64,000 bases of DNA, from NCBI GenBank assembly GCA_000004985.1, contig GG738865.1; one strand, written 5' to 3'. Made by a program: the position numbers and the translations under genes. Shown piece by piece: positions 1 to 11,096 of the stretch. Source of the DNA: Naegleria gruberi (Eukaryota). Numbering within the stretch: position 1 is the first letter of the stretch; each line of letters opens with the position of its first letter. The notes under the pieces are model-generated. The model did not search any database and had not been told where the DNA came from. It saw only the letters and a list, made by a program, of their open reading frames with translations.

Positions 1-1
1 A

Positions 2-1729
2 GTTTCAATTGAAGATTTTTCACAAGTTCTCGATGAAGCAAGAGGAAATATTTGCCCACTACTGTCAGGAAGAGGATTTTACATGCCACTAGAGGATGAG
101 GATAATTTTGATTTTGAGGTATACAGTGGTACTGTACCAGAGGTAGTAAGTAGAATAATTGAATACTTTATTTTAACACATGAAAGACTCTGGTAGAGCC
201 ATTCGAGAATGTGTCACAATTGGCAGATATTATTGGAAGTGGCGTAAAGAAACCATTCATTGCTAGAATTTGGAAAAAGTCAAAGATAAGATACTTTGGA
301 AAAACAAATGAGGAGAAACAATATCCAATGTTCTACGTATTATTAATTACAGACAAATCGACACCAAAAGGTGTACCAGTCACCATTTGGAATGAATTAG
401 CATTGAAAACTTATGGAGATTTAAGTGTTGGCGATATTATTTCAGCAGAGGAATATAGAGTGAAAAATTTCCACGATTCTGGAGTTTTCTCAACCAAATT
501 CAAAACTGAAATTTCTATCAACCCAACAAAATCACGAGTAATTCCAATTCAAAAGTTGGACGATAGAATTGCTAGCTTTGCTCCAATAGAATTTCCACTC
601 ACAAATATTAACACTATTATTCAATCTAAACTCGATGGAACAGTACTGAATATCATGGGCATTGTAGCAAATATTGGCCCTTACAGAAGAGAAAAGAGCC
701 AACATCAATTCTCTCAGTATAGATATGTCACATTAATGGATCCTTCTAGCATTTCTGCGATGTCTGTAAAATTATATACTAATTCAAGAAAGCACATTTT
801 GGATACTGTTCAAATTGGTCAAGTTGTGCTTTTGACTGATGTTTCTGCACATACATTCCTAACCTGTATGGACAAGGCTCAAACTACAACTAGTAATTTA
901 GAAAGCTCATTCATTACTCATGTATTTACAGAATCGCAATTATCTACTCTAAATTTTGCCTCTAATATCAAGGAAATTACTGGATACTTTGAGGATTTGA
1001 ATGAATGGAGAGAAAATAATAAGGACTTTTTCAATACTTGCCTTTCTGTGCCAACAACATTTGGACCTTCGAGGCAATATCCTATTCCAGACTTTCAAGA
1101 TTTTGAATCATTCAAAGCAAGATATGTCAACATTCCTTGGATTTATTACAAGGAATTATTTGAGATTCCTACTACTCTTCAACGTTTTCAAAGTACTAAT
1201 GTAATTGTCAAGGCAGTGGTGAAGGACATAACCATTGAAAATAACCTTAAAAGAAAGAGATCTCAAGAGGATGAGAGTAAGATGAAAAAGTCCAGCGATG
1301 CCAGCTCGACCAGAAGTGAAGAAAATTCCTATGAAGACGAAATTGACACTGCCTATACAATTTTAAGCCTAGAAACAGAGGTAAGTTTCAATTCAATACA
1401 ATACAAATTGGAATATGATATTAATTTAACAACCTGCAAAGGGAGTAAATGGAGATAGAAGACTGGAAATGTTAGTACCAATTTGGAATAATGAATTTTC
1501 GCATCCTGACTGTTATAATCCAACTTTTTTGGATGTAATAGATGAGCATTGCGAACAACTTTTCAAATTAAAAAGTCAAACCCATTACTTTAAGAATATG
1601 AATAGATTAATAGAGTATTATAAAAAAGAGATTGTGGACCAGACATACATTTTTGGAGTGGAAGTTCTTTGCAAAGAATATTCTGAATGCAAATATTATG
1701 TTACTCACATGTTTAAGGATGAGCCATAG
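2..1729 (+). CDS. Tandem OB-fold protein (RPA70/replication-factor-A-like DNA-binding folds), 5' partial
   Basis: Exons 2..118, 187..1380, 1442..1729. Introns 119..186 and 1381..1441 (GTAAGT..AAAG) restore a single frame; stop TAG at 1727. Two segments show the RPA-type OB pattern: FIARIWKKSKIRYFGK..MFYVLLITD..VPVTIWNELA..LSVGDIISAEEYRVKNF and LNIMGIVANIGPYR..YRYVTLMD..VKLYTN..IGQVVLLTDV. The family assignment is pattern recognition only. Confidence 0.55.
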
Positions 1730-1770
1730 TTTTATTAGCAAGACTGAGATTACTGGATTAAGAAAACAGT

Positions 1771-2799
1771 TCAGTTTTTATTGCTCATAATGGCCTCCCT
1801 GATTTTTTGCACCTTGGTACTGAACTTGATGGCTTTTGGTTCCTCTTTTGTATTATCTGAATCAAGAGGAAAGCGAATAAAGCTTGAACCGTAAACGAAT
1901 GTATCATCTGCGACTTCCTTCTTGCTGTCTGTATTAACTTGTCTTAGTTTTTTCAAATATTTCAATTCTAGACAAGAGTGAAGCATGATAGTATCTATCT
2001 GCATTTCACTATCTTCCAAAAAATTGGAAGAACTCACAACAGTTGGGGCAGTGAATTGATTTTCTCCAACCTTGAACAGAGAAGGTAATGTCTTTTCAAA
2101 AGTATCTGTTTGAACATCTTCCGGCTCAATAGAGAATTCTGGTTGAATTGTTTGATTTACCATCACTGGCTCATTCCAATAAAATTTAGTTCTAGTCTTC
2201 TTTGTTTTCTTGTTATGATAAATATCATTGTACTTGTTAACTAGAGCACTAATTTCCTTTTCAACATTTTCCAAATCCAAGAATCCATTTTGCTTTTCCT
2301 CATCACCTTCCACTCCTGAATAGAGTGAAGACCATTTCATTTGTTGATTCTTCCTCTCATAATATTCAACCTTCTTTAACTTTTCAATCAAAGTCTCCTT
2401 CCTTCGAATTCTTTCATTCTCCTCTCTTTCCGCTAGTACTCTCTTTTTATATTCTGTTTTAAATAACTTGATAGCTTGTTTTCTATAATTATTATTATCA
2501 TCATTTCCATCATGATGAATATTTGCAATAATTTCAAAGGCTGGACAATTTTCTTGTTTTTTCCTCTCGTAAATGATTTTTTCTCTATAAAGATTCTCCA
2601 ATCTCTTGGCCAATATTTCAATCCGTTCCATACTTGATGTATTATTCCCTCCATCATTAATTTTCTTCTCCAACTCTAAAGGCTCTCCGATAGTTTTAAT
2701 AATCTTTCCACAATGTTTCCTGATTCTCCTTTGAAATTCGTTAATAAATTGCAATCGTAGATCGATAGCATCATCTTGTACTGTTACATAGTGAGGCAT
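1771..2799 (-). CDS. Hypothetical coiled-coil protein (Lys/Glu/Arg-rich)
   Basis: Single long ORF. The track start at 2811 is TTG; the first ATG is at 2797..2799 (MPHYVTVQDD...). Heptad-like charged stretches (EREENERIRRKETLIEKLKKVEYYERK). No family recognised. Confidence 0.6.
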   Translation of the reverse strand: MPHYVTVQDDAIDLRLQFINEFQRRIRKHCGKIIKTIGEPLELEKKINDGGNNTSSMERIEILAKRLENLYREKIIYERKKQENCPAFEIIANIHHDGNDDNNNYRKQAIKLFKTEYKKRVLAEREENERIRRKETLIEKLKKVEYYERKNQQMKWSSLYSGVEGDEEKQNGFLDLENVEKEISALVNKYNDIYHNKKTKKTRTKFYWNEPVMVNQTIQPEFSIEPEDVQTDTFEKTLPSLFKVGENQFTAPTVVSSSNFLEDSEMQIDTIMLHSCLELKYLKKLRQVNTDSKKEVADDTFVYGSSFIRFPLDSDNTKEEPKAIKFSTKVQKIREAIMSNKN

Positions 2800-3012
2800 G
2801 AAGAATTTCAATCAGCTTATTTTTTTTAAGGATTTTTATTTTATTAAAATTATTAAATTGTTATTTAATATTTCTTCATCATATTGTCATGACAATAAAG
2901 TCCATAATTGGGTTATTTTTCATGTTCTATTTATGGAAGTGATTTTGATAAATAAATTACTATTTAAATATTGATCTGTTATGTTTATATAATTAAGAAA
3001 TTATAAAAAGAA

Positions 3013-3495
3013 ATGAAATTCATTCCGCTTGAAAGAAATCAATTTACCAATCTCTTGCTCAATCAACAGAGAATTCAAGACGTTTCGAATAATTCCAACT
3101 GTCAATGCAGAGCTCGTGATCAACAGCCAACTAATTGTGAATGTTCTCAAATCAATGTTGGAATATTATTGCATCCTTCAAGTCAAACTTCAATTCATGA
3201 CTTTACAATTGAATCGTTTCTCAATCAGTTTAGTTTAAACCTCTTGTCGAAACTACCACATGGACAATCGATTAATATTATTGGAATTGCAATTGTCATG
3301 CCAAAGACTGAACTCAAACAAGAAGGAGAAAATGATTTCATCAGAGAATTTTGGAAATTTTCACCTCCTTATTCAAAACCTAACCATTATTCGAAACGAG
3401 TTTTAATTTCACTTCCTGGTGATGGCAATTCCCTGTGGTTTCATCTTTCTCCCTTCCTTTCCTTCAATTCCACTTCACTTCCTTCAAAACTATAA
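3013..3495 (+). CDS. Hypothetical protein, 160 aa
   Basis: ATG-initiated ORF with an A-rich start context (aaagaaATG). It lies between two well-supported genes. No domain recognised. Confidence 0.4.
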   Translation: MKFIPLERNQFTNLLLNQQRIQDVSNNSNCQCRARDQQPTNCECSQINVGILLHPSSQTSIHDFTIESFLNQFSLNLLSKLPHGQSINIIGIAIVMPKTELKQEGENDFIREFWKFSPPYSKPNHYSKRVLISLPGDGNSLWFHLSPFLSFNSTSLPSKL

Positions 3496-3767
3496 ATGTT
3501 AATTTTCATCATCTTTTCATATTCCACTTTCTTCTACTTTCCACCAGTTTAAATTGTACAAATAAGTTAACTAGATCATTTATTGAGTTGTAATTAAATA
3601 GGCGCCGTAAATTCCAGTAAATTTTTCAAAATCTAAAAAAAATTAAAAAAAAATAGAAATTTCATTATCCTTGTTCAGCAGCGTCATCTTTGTATGTTCA
3701 AGAGTCGCAATCACAAATAGATTTTTCAAAGTTCAGCCAATAACAAGGAAAAACAAAATACAACACA

Positions 3768-3812
3768 ACAACAATAACAAATACAACAATAACAAATACA
3801 ACAATAACAACA
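3768..3812. repeat. 15-bp tandem repeat (acaacaataacaaat x3, last copy imperfect) abutting the GDPD start codon
   Basis: Read directly: copies at 3768..3782, 3783..3797 and 3798..3812, followed by ATG at 3813. This repeat explains the spurious antisense ORF 3698..3889 (IVVFVIVV...). Confidence 0.9.
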
Positions 3813-5122
3813 ATGAATAGTCGGGGGATAAAATCGAGCGGACTAGTAGGGAATGGTTCTACTTCTGCTCTTGTATTATTAATTATCAATGTGATGATGC
3901 TGATAGTAGCGATGAATAATTTCCTAATAATGACGGAAGCAAAATTTGAATTGATTGGACATAGAGGAGCTCCAAATTTGAGACCTGAACATACGTATGA
4001 ATCCTATTTATTGGCTTTTCAACAAGATGCTGATTATATTGAATTTGATGTAATGCCATCTAAAGATGGAGTCCTTATGGTGACTCATAGTTTTGAATTA
4101 ACTGGTAGGTACCTGATTGAAAATCTTTGAGTGTGCTAACTGTTTCTTCTATAGAAATTAGTAATGTTGCCTCTGTGAGCAAATTTTCGGATAGAAAGAA
4201 AACTAAAGTTGTCGATAAGAAATCATATTCTGGATGGTTTATTGAGGATTTTACTGCTTCTGAATTACAGGAATTGAGATTGAGAGAAAGATATCCACAA
4301 GCTAGAACTACCAAGTTTGATGACATCTTTGTCATGCCAACTCTTGAAACAGCACTTGACTATATAATTGCTATTACTCCAAATAATTCTTCTAAAATCA
4401 AGCTCTATATCGAAACAAAGCATCCAACATATTTTGCATCTGCTTTGAATGTCGATGTTAACCAATTGCTTGTTAATGTTTTGGAGAAGTACCATTATCT
4501 TGAATATACCATGTTCCAATCATTTGAAATTTCAAGTATGACTAGTATTCGTACAATTTTGTCCAACAAGAATATTCAACCATTGGGATATGTGATGCTT
4601 TTAGTGGCTAATGGTTCTCAAATTGATAATGGAAGAAATTTTGATGAGTACCTGACTGAGGAAGGTATTGATACAGCAAAGAGTGCTGGTATCACTGGTT
4701 TCGGACCAGCTTGGAAGATGGTTACTAAACCATGGGTTGAATCAGTTCACAAGAGAAATTTAATCATTCACCCATATACTTACAGACCTGAGGAATACTT
4801 TTTGAAACAAACCCCATATACCACCTTCTCTGATTTTATTAAGAGTGCTTTGGAACTTGGTGTTGATGGAGTTTTCACTGAGGACATTGATCAAACCAGA
4901 GCCATTGTTCTTGCCTATGAATCCAATTCAGTTGTGACTGTCTTGCTAATCGTTGCCTTTGTATTCGTTGGAGTTTTATTCATTGTCATTGCTGCCTCTG
5001 TTTTATCAGCTTACCTTTGCAAGAGAAAGACCAATCCATCATCATCAGCCACCCAAAACAGAGAAGAACGTGCAGGTCTTGCCCAACAATCCAATTCCTA
5101 TTCATATAATCAAGATGAATAA
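3813..5122 (+). CDS. Membrane-anchored glycerophosphodiester phosphodiesterase (GDPD family)
   Basis: Exons 3813..4104 and 4155..5122 (50-nt intron, GTAGGT..TATAG, phase 1). GDPD signature ELIGHRGAPNLRPEHTYESY..ADYIEFDV..SKDGVLMVTHSFELT, then EISNV..FIEDFTASELQELRL. N-terminal hydrophobic anchor and C-terminal TM segment (VVTVLLIVAFVFVGVLFIVIAASVL). Confidence 0.85.
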
Positions 5123-5251
5123 TTATTACCACTACTTTATAAATCTCACACAATAGATTTATCATCTTTTCAATTATAATGGATTCCAAGATTGACCTTT
5201 GATGTTTCAACTTGCTCCTCGAATTGGTTTGGGAACGCCCATTCATAATTA

Positions 5252-5262
5252 GGCGCCAAAAA
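5252..5262. promoter_or_regulatory. E2F-like element (ggcgccaaaaa = TTTTTGGCGCC on the other strand)
   Basis: Matches the TTTSSCGC consensus on the minus strand. About 180 nt upstream of ATG 5440, in the intergenic spacer. Confidence 0.35.
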
Positions 5263-5439
5263 CATTAAGACCTCAATAAACGCCTCTCCTACTATTTTAC
5301 TTGTTTGAAAAAACAAAACACTCATCATCTTCCATCCTCCGAACACTACCAATATACTCTGTGTTTTGTTCAATAACTTGGATTTTCCATTATTATTATT
5401 AATACAAATAATTAAATAATTTAATATAGTAGCTTAATC

Positions 5440-6057
5440 ATGCCAACACCATCACCAAAAACCAAAACTACGGAATATGAACCTCTCATCTATAGAATTG
5501 TTGCCTTCCTTCAGGTAATTCTGAGTTTGTTCTTCAACTTGACCTTAATTTGCTTAATTCCGTTCATGATTGTTGCCAATCACAGAACCAATCAGACCAA
5601 TACAGAACAATTAGTAGTCTTGGGTATATGTTTAATCATTTTAACGCTCATGTCCATGGCAAAGAATGTGGGCACAGCTTTGGCTTCATGGAAAGGAACC
5701 TTCATGGCCATTCAGGAAGGATTACAGAATCACATTACTCAACAAAATCTCAGAACGAAACGATTTGCCATGATTGGCTGTGGATGTGCCATTGCTCACA
5801 TGATACTTGGCCTCATTCTTTCCTATTTAGGAACTGTCTTTATTGTCATGCTTGTGGATAATTTGGATGATAGAGAATTCGATTGGGGAGTTGATAGTTT
5901 GGAATTTGATAATCCTTTTGCTTTTGTTGTGGCCATTGTCCATTTAATTTTCAATATTGCCGCATTTGGAGTATCAGTGTGGAATCTCATTTTGGTAACT
6001 CGTGAAATTGCCCACTATCACAATGTCAAACCAAGTGGTGAAGAAGAATCCCATTAA
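5440..6057 (+). CDS. Hypothetical 4-TM membrane protein
   Basis: ATG ORF of 205 aa with four clear hydrophobic segments. No family recognised. Confidence 0.6.
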   Translation: MPTPSPKTKTTEYEPLIYRIVAFLQVILSLFFNLTLICLIPFMIVANHRTNQTNTEQLVVLGICLIILTLMSMAKNVGTALASWKGTFMAIQEGLQNHITQQNLRTKRFAMIGCGCAIAHMILGLILSYLGTVFIVMLVDNLDDREFDWGVDSLEFDNPFAFVVAIVHLIFNIAAFGVSVWNLILVTREIAHYHNVKPSGEEESH

Positions 6058-6163
6058 ATAATTCTTAATCTCTTTCCTTTCACTTATTTTCTTATAACTT
6101 TATTGTAAACTCAAAGTGCAATTGCATCAAAGCATGCAAAAACGAAATTAAATAAAGAAAAAA

Positions 6164-7201
6164 ATGTTACATGAAGAAATACCACCTGTTACATCATCTC
6201 TGGAAAATCACAACAATTCATCCCGAATGTTATCCATGATGAAAAATTGTAAACTCACTCCCGAATTGATCTGTGAAGAATTTGAAGGTTTATTGCAACC
6301 TGAGAGAATTTTAAATGTCTACGTGTATGGAAGTAGATTGTATGGTAAATCGGCCGATAATGATTATTATACTATCAATCAAGATTCGGATTTTGATATC
6401 ATGCTTGTTTATGATTTTGATAATTTTCAGGCACCACAAAAGTTGACTTTCCTTTCGAATCAGAAGGAGAATAGAAATTCAGAGTTTTTCCAATTGGAAA
6501 TTCCTCTGTGGATGAAGAGAAGAGAGAGTTTAATTGAAAATAGTGTGGAAAATTCGAATAATGCATCAGAAAATCTCAACGAGATTGAGAAATTCACACC
6601 ACACATGGAGAGGCAAACACTTGAGAATGGTGAAATTATTTACAATTTCAAACAGAAACAATTTGGAGTGGATATGTGCATTTATACAAGAGAGCAATTT
6701 TTGAATCAATTGAAGAAACATCAATTTTCTGAATTGTTGGGTTTGTTTTTGGAGAGAAGCGATGAAGATTATCACAGTTTTATATTGAAAAAGACAGTTG
6801 ACTTTTCTGAAGAGTTTGAAAAGAGTGGAGTTGGAATTCAGTTGAGTAAATTGAGAGCTTCGCTTAGTCAATCAGCGTCTATGGTGTGGAAATGTTGTAG
6901 ATCCATGATGGAACACAGATTGGATTTAGATCCTCCAGAAGTAGAAGTATTCAAAGGCAAAAAGACACTTATTCACACTCTCAGAGTTTATCACTATGGA
7001 ATTCAAATTGCCAAGTTTGGAAAGATTGTGGATTGGCATGAATGTGACAAGTATTATGATGCAATATTCAAACATCCAGAAAAGTACAATTCCTTTAGAG
7101 AATTATCTCAACAATTCAACAAGATTAGACTTGCCTTACATGATGAATTTAGAAATCTTTGTCCAAAAGATGAGACACTAGCAGAGAATGATGAGGAATA
7201 A
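6164..7201 (+). CDS. Putative nucleotidyltransferase-fold protein (Pol-beta superfamily, RlaP/PF10127-like)
   Basis: ATG ORF of 345 aa. The N-terminal segment VYVYGSRLYGKSADN..DSDFDIMLVYD fits the hG[GS]...D.D minimal NTase motif, followed by a helical C-terminal region. Pattern-based call only. Confidence 0.4.
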   Translation: MLHEEIPPVTSSLENHNNSSRMLSMMKNCKLTPELICEEFEGLLQPERILNVYVYGSRLYGKSADNDYYTINQDSDFDIMLVYDFDNFQAPQKLTFLSNQKENRNSEFFQLEIPLWMKRRESLIENSVENSNNASENLNEIEKFTPHMERQTLENGEIIYNFKQKQFGVDMCIYTREQFLNQLKKHQFSELLGLFLERSDEDYHSFILKKTVDFSEEFEKSGVGIQLSKLRASLSQSASMVWKCCRSMMEHRLDLDPPEVEVFKGKKTLIHTLRVYHYGIQIAKFGKIVDWHECDKYYDAIFKHPEKYNSFRELSQQFNKIRLALHDEFRNLCPKDETLAENDEE

Positions 7202-7293
7202 ATTTTGTACAAATATATTATTGAGAAATTTAGCTAAAATTCGAGTTGTGAGAACGAATGAAACCTAGGATTGTTAAAGAATACTATTGATCA

Positions 7294-8591
7294 TTATTCT
7301 TCAGCAGTTTCGAGTTTTTGAATCAACTTTTCCAGAGTTTCCTTCTTCTTTGTGATTGCTTTTACAATGGCAGTTGTGTCATTTGGATCCAAAGCATCAG
7401 CAAGTTTCTTTTCCAATTCTTCAATTTCATTTGATTCTCTGTCCGCTATTGATTCAATTTCTTCCATACTGGCACGATTAATATCGTCATCTGTGAGGAA
7501 ACTTGTTGAAGCAAGATGTTTGCGAAGTTCTTCAGAAATTTGTTGAACTGGTTCAACAACTGCTGCAATTGGTTGAACAGCAGGTACTGATGATTCAACA
7601 ACACTTGTAGCTGTTGGTTGAGTAGTGATAGGAGTAGGTTCTGGTTGCTTCTTTGATTTTCTCTGTTGTTGAGATTGTTATTAAATCATGAAAATGGGAA
7701 TTTGATACTTACACCTCTCTTCTTCTTGGCAGGAGTACCATTTTGTGATTGTGAACTAGTGGCAACAGTGCTAGTAGTTGTGGATTTACTTGGAGTATTT
7801 GGTGGAGTTTCAATAATTACCGAATCAGATGAAACAGTTGTTGCTTTAGGTGAGTGAGCAATAGAATCAGCAACCATTGTGGATGATGACCTCTTCTTTC
7901 CTCGTCCTCTTCCTCTTCCAGAACTGCCTCTCTTTGATTCTTTAGTTTGTTGAGTTGAAATATGTTCCACATTTGATGATGATGAGTGTACTGCATGTTT
8001 AACACGATGATGTACATAATTATCATTTTCACTTTCAGTTTCACTTGCAAGAGAAAAGTCAAATTGATTATTTTTATCCTCAATTTCTCTTTCAATTCTA
8101 TTGAAAAAGATGATGTTAACAAAAAGTCTAATCAGATAAAAAGACATACATATTATAAACTCCAGATTGTGCAACTTGTTGAATTTTAACATCCACTTCA
8201 GAACGAAGTAATTCTGTTGAATGTCTACTCGTGGAAATGTGTAACATTTGTTGAAGTTGGGTAAGAACTTTTAACTTTTCCCAAGTAATTTCACCTTGTG
8301 CACGGAATGCACTAACCACACTACTGTATGCAGTTGTTTCTATTCAATAATGCACGTAAATATCATCCATACTTGTATCCAATAATACCTACCATATTGT
8401 CTTAAACGTTTAACGAGTTGTTTTTCAGATGACGTTATCAGAGAATCCGTATCAATCATCATGTTATCACTTCCATTTGTTGATTGTTGTTGGCTTAGAT
8501 TTGTTGTGTGATCGGTGACCAAATTATTCGATGCTGATGACGATGAAGCAGTGTTATTCACGCCCGACAACGCTTCTTGTTGTTGGCTCAT
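7294..8591 (-). CDS. ENT (EMSY N-terminal) domain protein with Ser/Thr-rich basic middle and acidic coiled C-terminus
   Basis: Four exons: 8393..8591, 8150..8339, 7713..8097, 7294..7662. Introns 8340..8392, 8098..8149 and 7663..7712 are 50-53 nt with GTAGGT/GTATGT/GTAAGT donors, and all phases are consistent. The spliced sequence YETTAYSSVVSAFRAQGEITWEKLKVLTQLQQMLHISTSRHSTELLR matches the ENT consensus. The track start at 8600 is TTG; ATG is at 8589..8591. Confidence 0.8.
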
Positions 8592-8762
8592 TTTTTTCAA
8601 TAATTTATTTTTAAAAATTTAAAATTGAAAAAGTTTTCTTTTTTGTAACCGTTACGTGCACTCCCAAACTCAAATACTTATTCAAATTATTCAAAGAAAC
8701 ACTGTAAATATCTATAGAGAGATGAGCAAAATTGTTATTGTTATTATTTGTTGTTAAGTTTT

Positions 8763-10556
8763 TTACATTCTAAAGACACCGAATTGAGTTGGACTTTCAA
8801 TCTTTCCATTTTCACAAGCACTCAAACTCAAACCAAGAATTCTTCTTGTGTCACGTGGATCAATGACACCATCATCCCACAATCTGGCAGATGAGAAGTA
8901 TGGGTGACCTTCATGTTCATACTTGGCTCTAATACCATTCTTGAATTCTTCCATTTCTTGTTCTGGAACTTCCTTACCTAATCTCTTCATACCTTCAACC
9001 TTAACTTGGGAAAGGACGCCAGCAGCTTGTTCACCACCCATGACAGAGATTCTAGAATTTGGCCACATGTACAAGAATCTTGGATTGTAAGCTCTACCAC
9101 ACATACCATAGTTACCAGCACCGAAACTACCACCGAGGAGGACAGTAATCTTTGGAACCTTAGCACAAGCAACAGCCATGACCATCTTGGCACCATCCTT
9201 AGCAATACCATTGGTTTCGTATTGTTTACCAACCATGAAACCAGTAATATTTTGAAGGAACAAGAGTGGAATACCTCTTTGAGAACACAATTCAACAAAG
9301 TGAGCTCCCTTTTGAGCAGATGATGAGAACAAGATACCATTGTTAGCAATAATACCAACTGGCTTACCATAAATCTTGGCAAAACCTGTCACCAATGTAG
9401 TTCCGTATAATTGTTTGAATTCATCAAATCTACTTCCATCGACAATACGAGCAATAATATCTCTGACATCGAATGGTTTTCTACCATCACGTGGAATGAT
9501 ACCTAAAATTTCATCTGGATTATATTTTGGTTCTTCAAAAGATGTTGGAACTTCATTTCTATTACTATTATTCTTTCCCAAAAAGTCAGTCTTTTTCATA
9601 TTGAGATTTGAAATAATTCTTCTTGTCAAATAAATAGCTTCAGTTTCATCATTGGCATAGTAATCAGTGACACCACTTTGTCTACAGTGAACATCAGCAC
9701 CACCCAATTCTTCATCAGTAACTTCTTCACCAGTAGCAGCCTTAACTAATGGTGGACCACCCAAATAAATAGTACCATTACCCTTTACAATAATACTTTC
9801 ATCAGCCATTGCAGGAACATAGGCACCACCTGCAGTACATTTACCCATAACTACAGCAATTTGTGGAATACCTTGAGCACTCATATTGGCTTGATTGTAG
9901 AAAATTCTACCAAAGTGAAGTTTGTCAGGGAAAACATCAGCTTGATGTTCCAAGTTGGCACCACCACTGTCAGCAATGTAAATACATGGCAAGTTATTTT
10001 GTTCAGCAATTTCTTGGGCTCTCAAATGTTTCTTTACAGTGATTGGATAATATGTACCTCCTTTAACAGTTGCATCGTTAGCAACAATTACACACAATTG
10101 ATCGTGAATTTTACCAATACCTGTAATAATACCACCAGCAGGTACTTCATCCTTTCCGTACAATTCATAACCAGCCAATTGACTGAATTCGAGGAAAGGA
10201 GATCCATCATCCAACATTCTATTAATACGATCTCTAACCAAGAGCTTGTTTCTTGAAGTGTGCATCTTTCTATACTTTTCTCCACCTCCCAACTTGATCT
10301 TTTCAACCAAATTCTTCAAATCATTAACTCCTTGAATATTGTGAGTATAATTTGCCTTGTATTCGGCATCATGATGAATATTATTTTCAAGAATATTATG
10401 AGTATTTTCAGCACTTGTAATACTATGATAAAATCTATTATTATTTGATGAAGATCCAGCAGCTAATTGTTTGGCCAAAGAACCACCAACCAAACCAGAA
10501 CGTTGTTGTTGGTTGAGAAGAATGCTAGAAATTTTCTTGGTTGAATTTTTAAGCAT
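8763..10556 (-). CDS. MCCC2: 3-methylcrotonoyl-CoA carboxylase beta subunit (carboxyltransferase), mitochondrial
   Basis: Intronless 597-aa ORF. Carboxyltransferase domains throughout, and a C-terminus ...PTQFGVFRM like animal MCCC2. N-terminal presequence-like region. Confidence 0.92.
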   Translation of the reverse strand: MLKNSTKKISSILLNQQQRSGLVGGSLAKQLAAGSSSNNNRFYHSITSAENTHNILENNIHHDAEYKANYTHNIQGVNDLKNLVEKIKLGGGEKYRKMHTSRNKLLVRDRINRMLDDGSPFLEFSQLAGYELYGKDEVPAGGIITGIGKIHDQLCVIVANDATVKGGTYYPITVKKHLRAQEIAEQNNLPCIYIADSGGANLEHQADVFPDKLHFGRIFYNQANMSAQGIPQIAVVMGKCTAGGAYVPAMADESIIVKGNGTIYLGGPPLVKAATGEEVTDEELGGADVHCRQSGVTDYYANDETEAIYLTRRIISNLNMKKTDFLGKNNSNRNEVPTSFEEPKYNPDEILGIIPRDGRKPFDVRDIIARIVDGSRFDEFKQLYGTTLVTGFAKIYGKPVGIIANNGILFSSSAQKGAHFVELCSQRGIPLLFLQNITGFMVGKQYETNGIAKDGAKMVMAVACAKVPKITVLLGGSFGAGNYGMCGRAYNPRFLYMWPNSRISVMGGEQAAGVLSQVKVEGMKRLGKEVPEQEMEEFKNGIRAKYEHEGHPYFSSARLWDDGVIDPRDTRRILGLSLSACENGKIESPTQFGVFRM

Positions 10557-11096
10557 TTTTTTGTTTGTGTTTTTTATTGCAAACTCTGGCTCATATCTTC
10601 ATTGCGCTCCATACTCTTTAGCAAATCATCTACACAAGCATTTGCTTACTTGAGCATAGAATGCAAGCACATACGGACTTCCAAACTTTTCCTTGGTCCA
10701 TTGTTTTTTGAAAAAGTCAGTCCATTGGTCACGGATTGAAATATTGAATGTTGTTGTGTTTGTTACAAGGGAAAAATTCATTTTGATTGAATGGAAAGTT
10801 TTGAGATGGATGGAATTGTGACAATCTTGATGAAAACAAGTGATAATTATCGACTAATAACAACATTGAAAGTTTAACCAATGATGACCAATACATTTAT
10901 GATCATAGATCAACTTGAATGAAACACTTTCCACTATTTTGATTTGATTCAAATCTTCTCAATCTCCTAATCACCGAAACCGCACACACAATAAGAGCAG
11001 AAAAAACAATAGAACAACAACAGTATCCAGAAGAACCCCACAACTCTTCTTGTTTTAATCGAGTGCTCGGAAATCAATAGAGGACAAGTAACAACA

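Noticed and set aside
5170-5373. A 67-codon minus-strand ORF between the GDPD gene and gene 5440.
   Set aside because: Its track start is TTG and its first ATG leaves only about 52 codons. No motif was recognised. It overlaps an E2F-like promoter element at 5252..5262, so it is more likely spacer or promoter.
8645-8661. A shared 11-mer aaccgttacgt (Myb-site-like CCGTTA/AACGG core) upstream of the ENT gene (8647..8657) and of the CTD phosphatase gene (56679..56689).
   Set aside because: Many identical 11-mers are expected by chance in 64 kb on both strands. There are only two copies and no palindromic or positional structure. It is noted but not claimed as regulatory.
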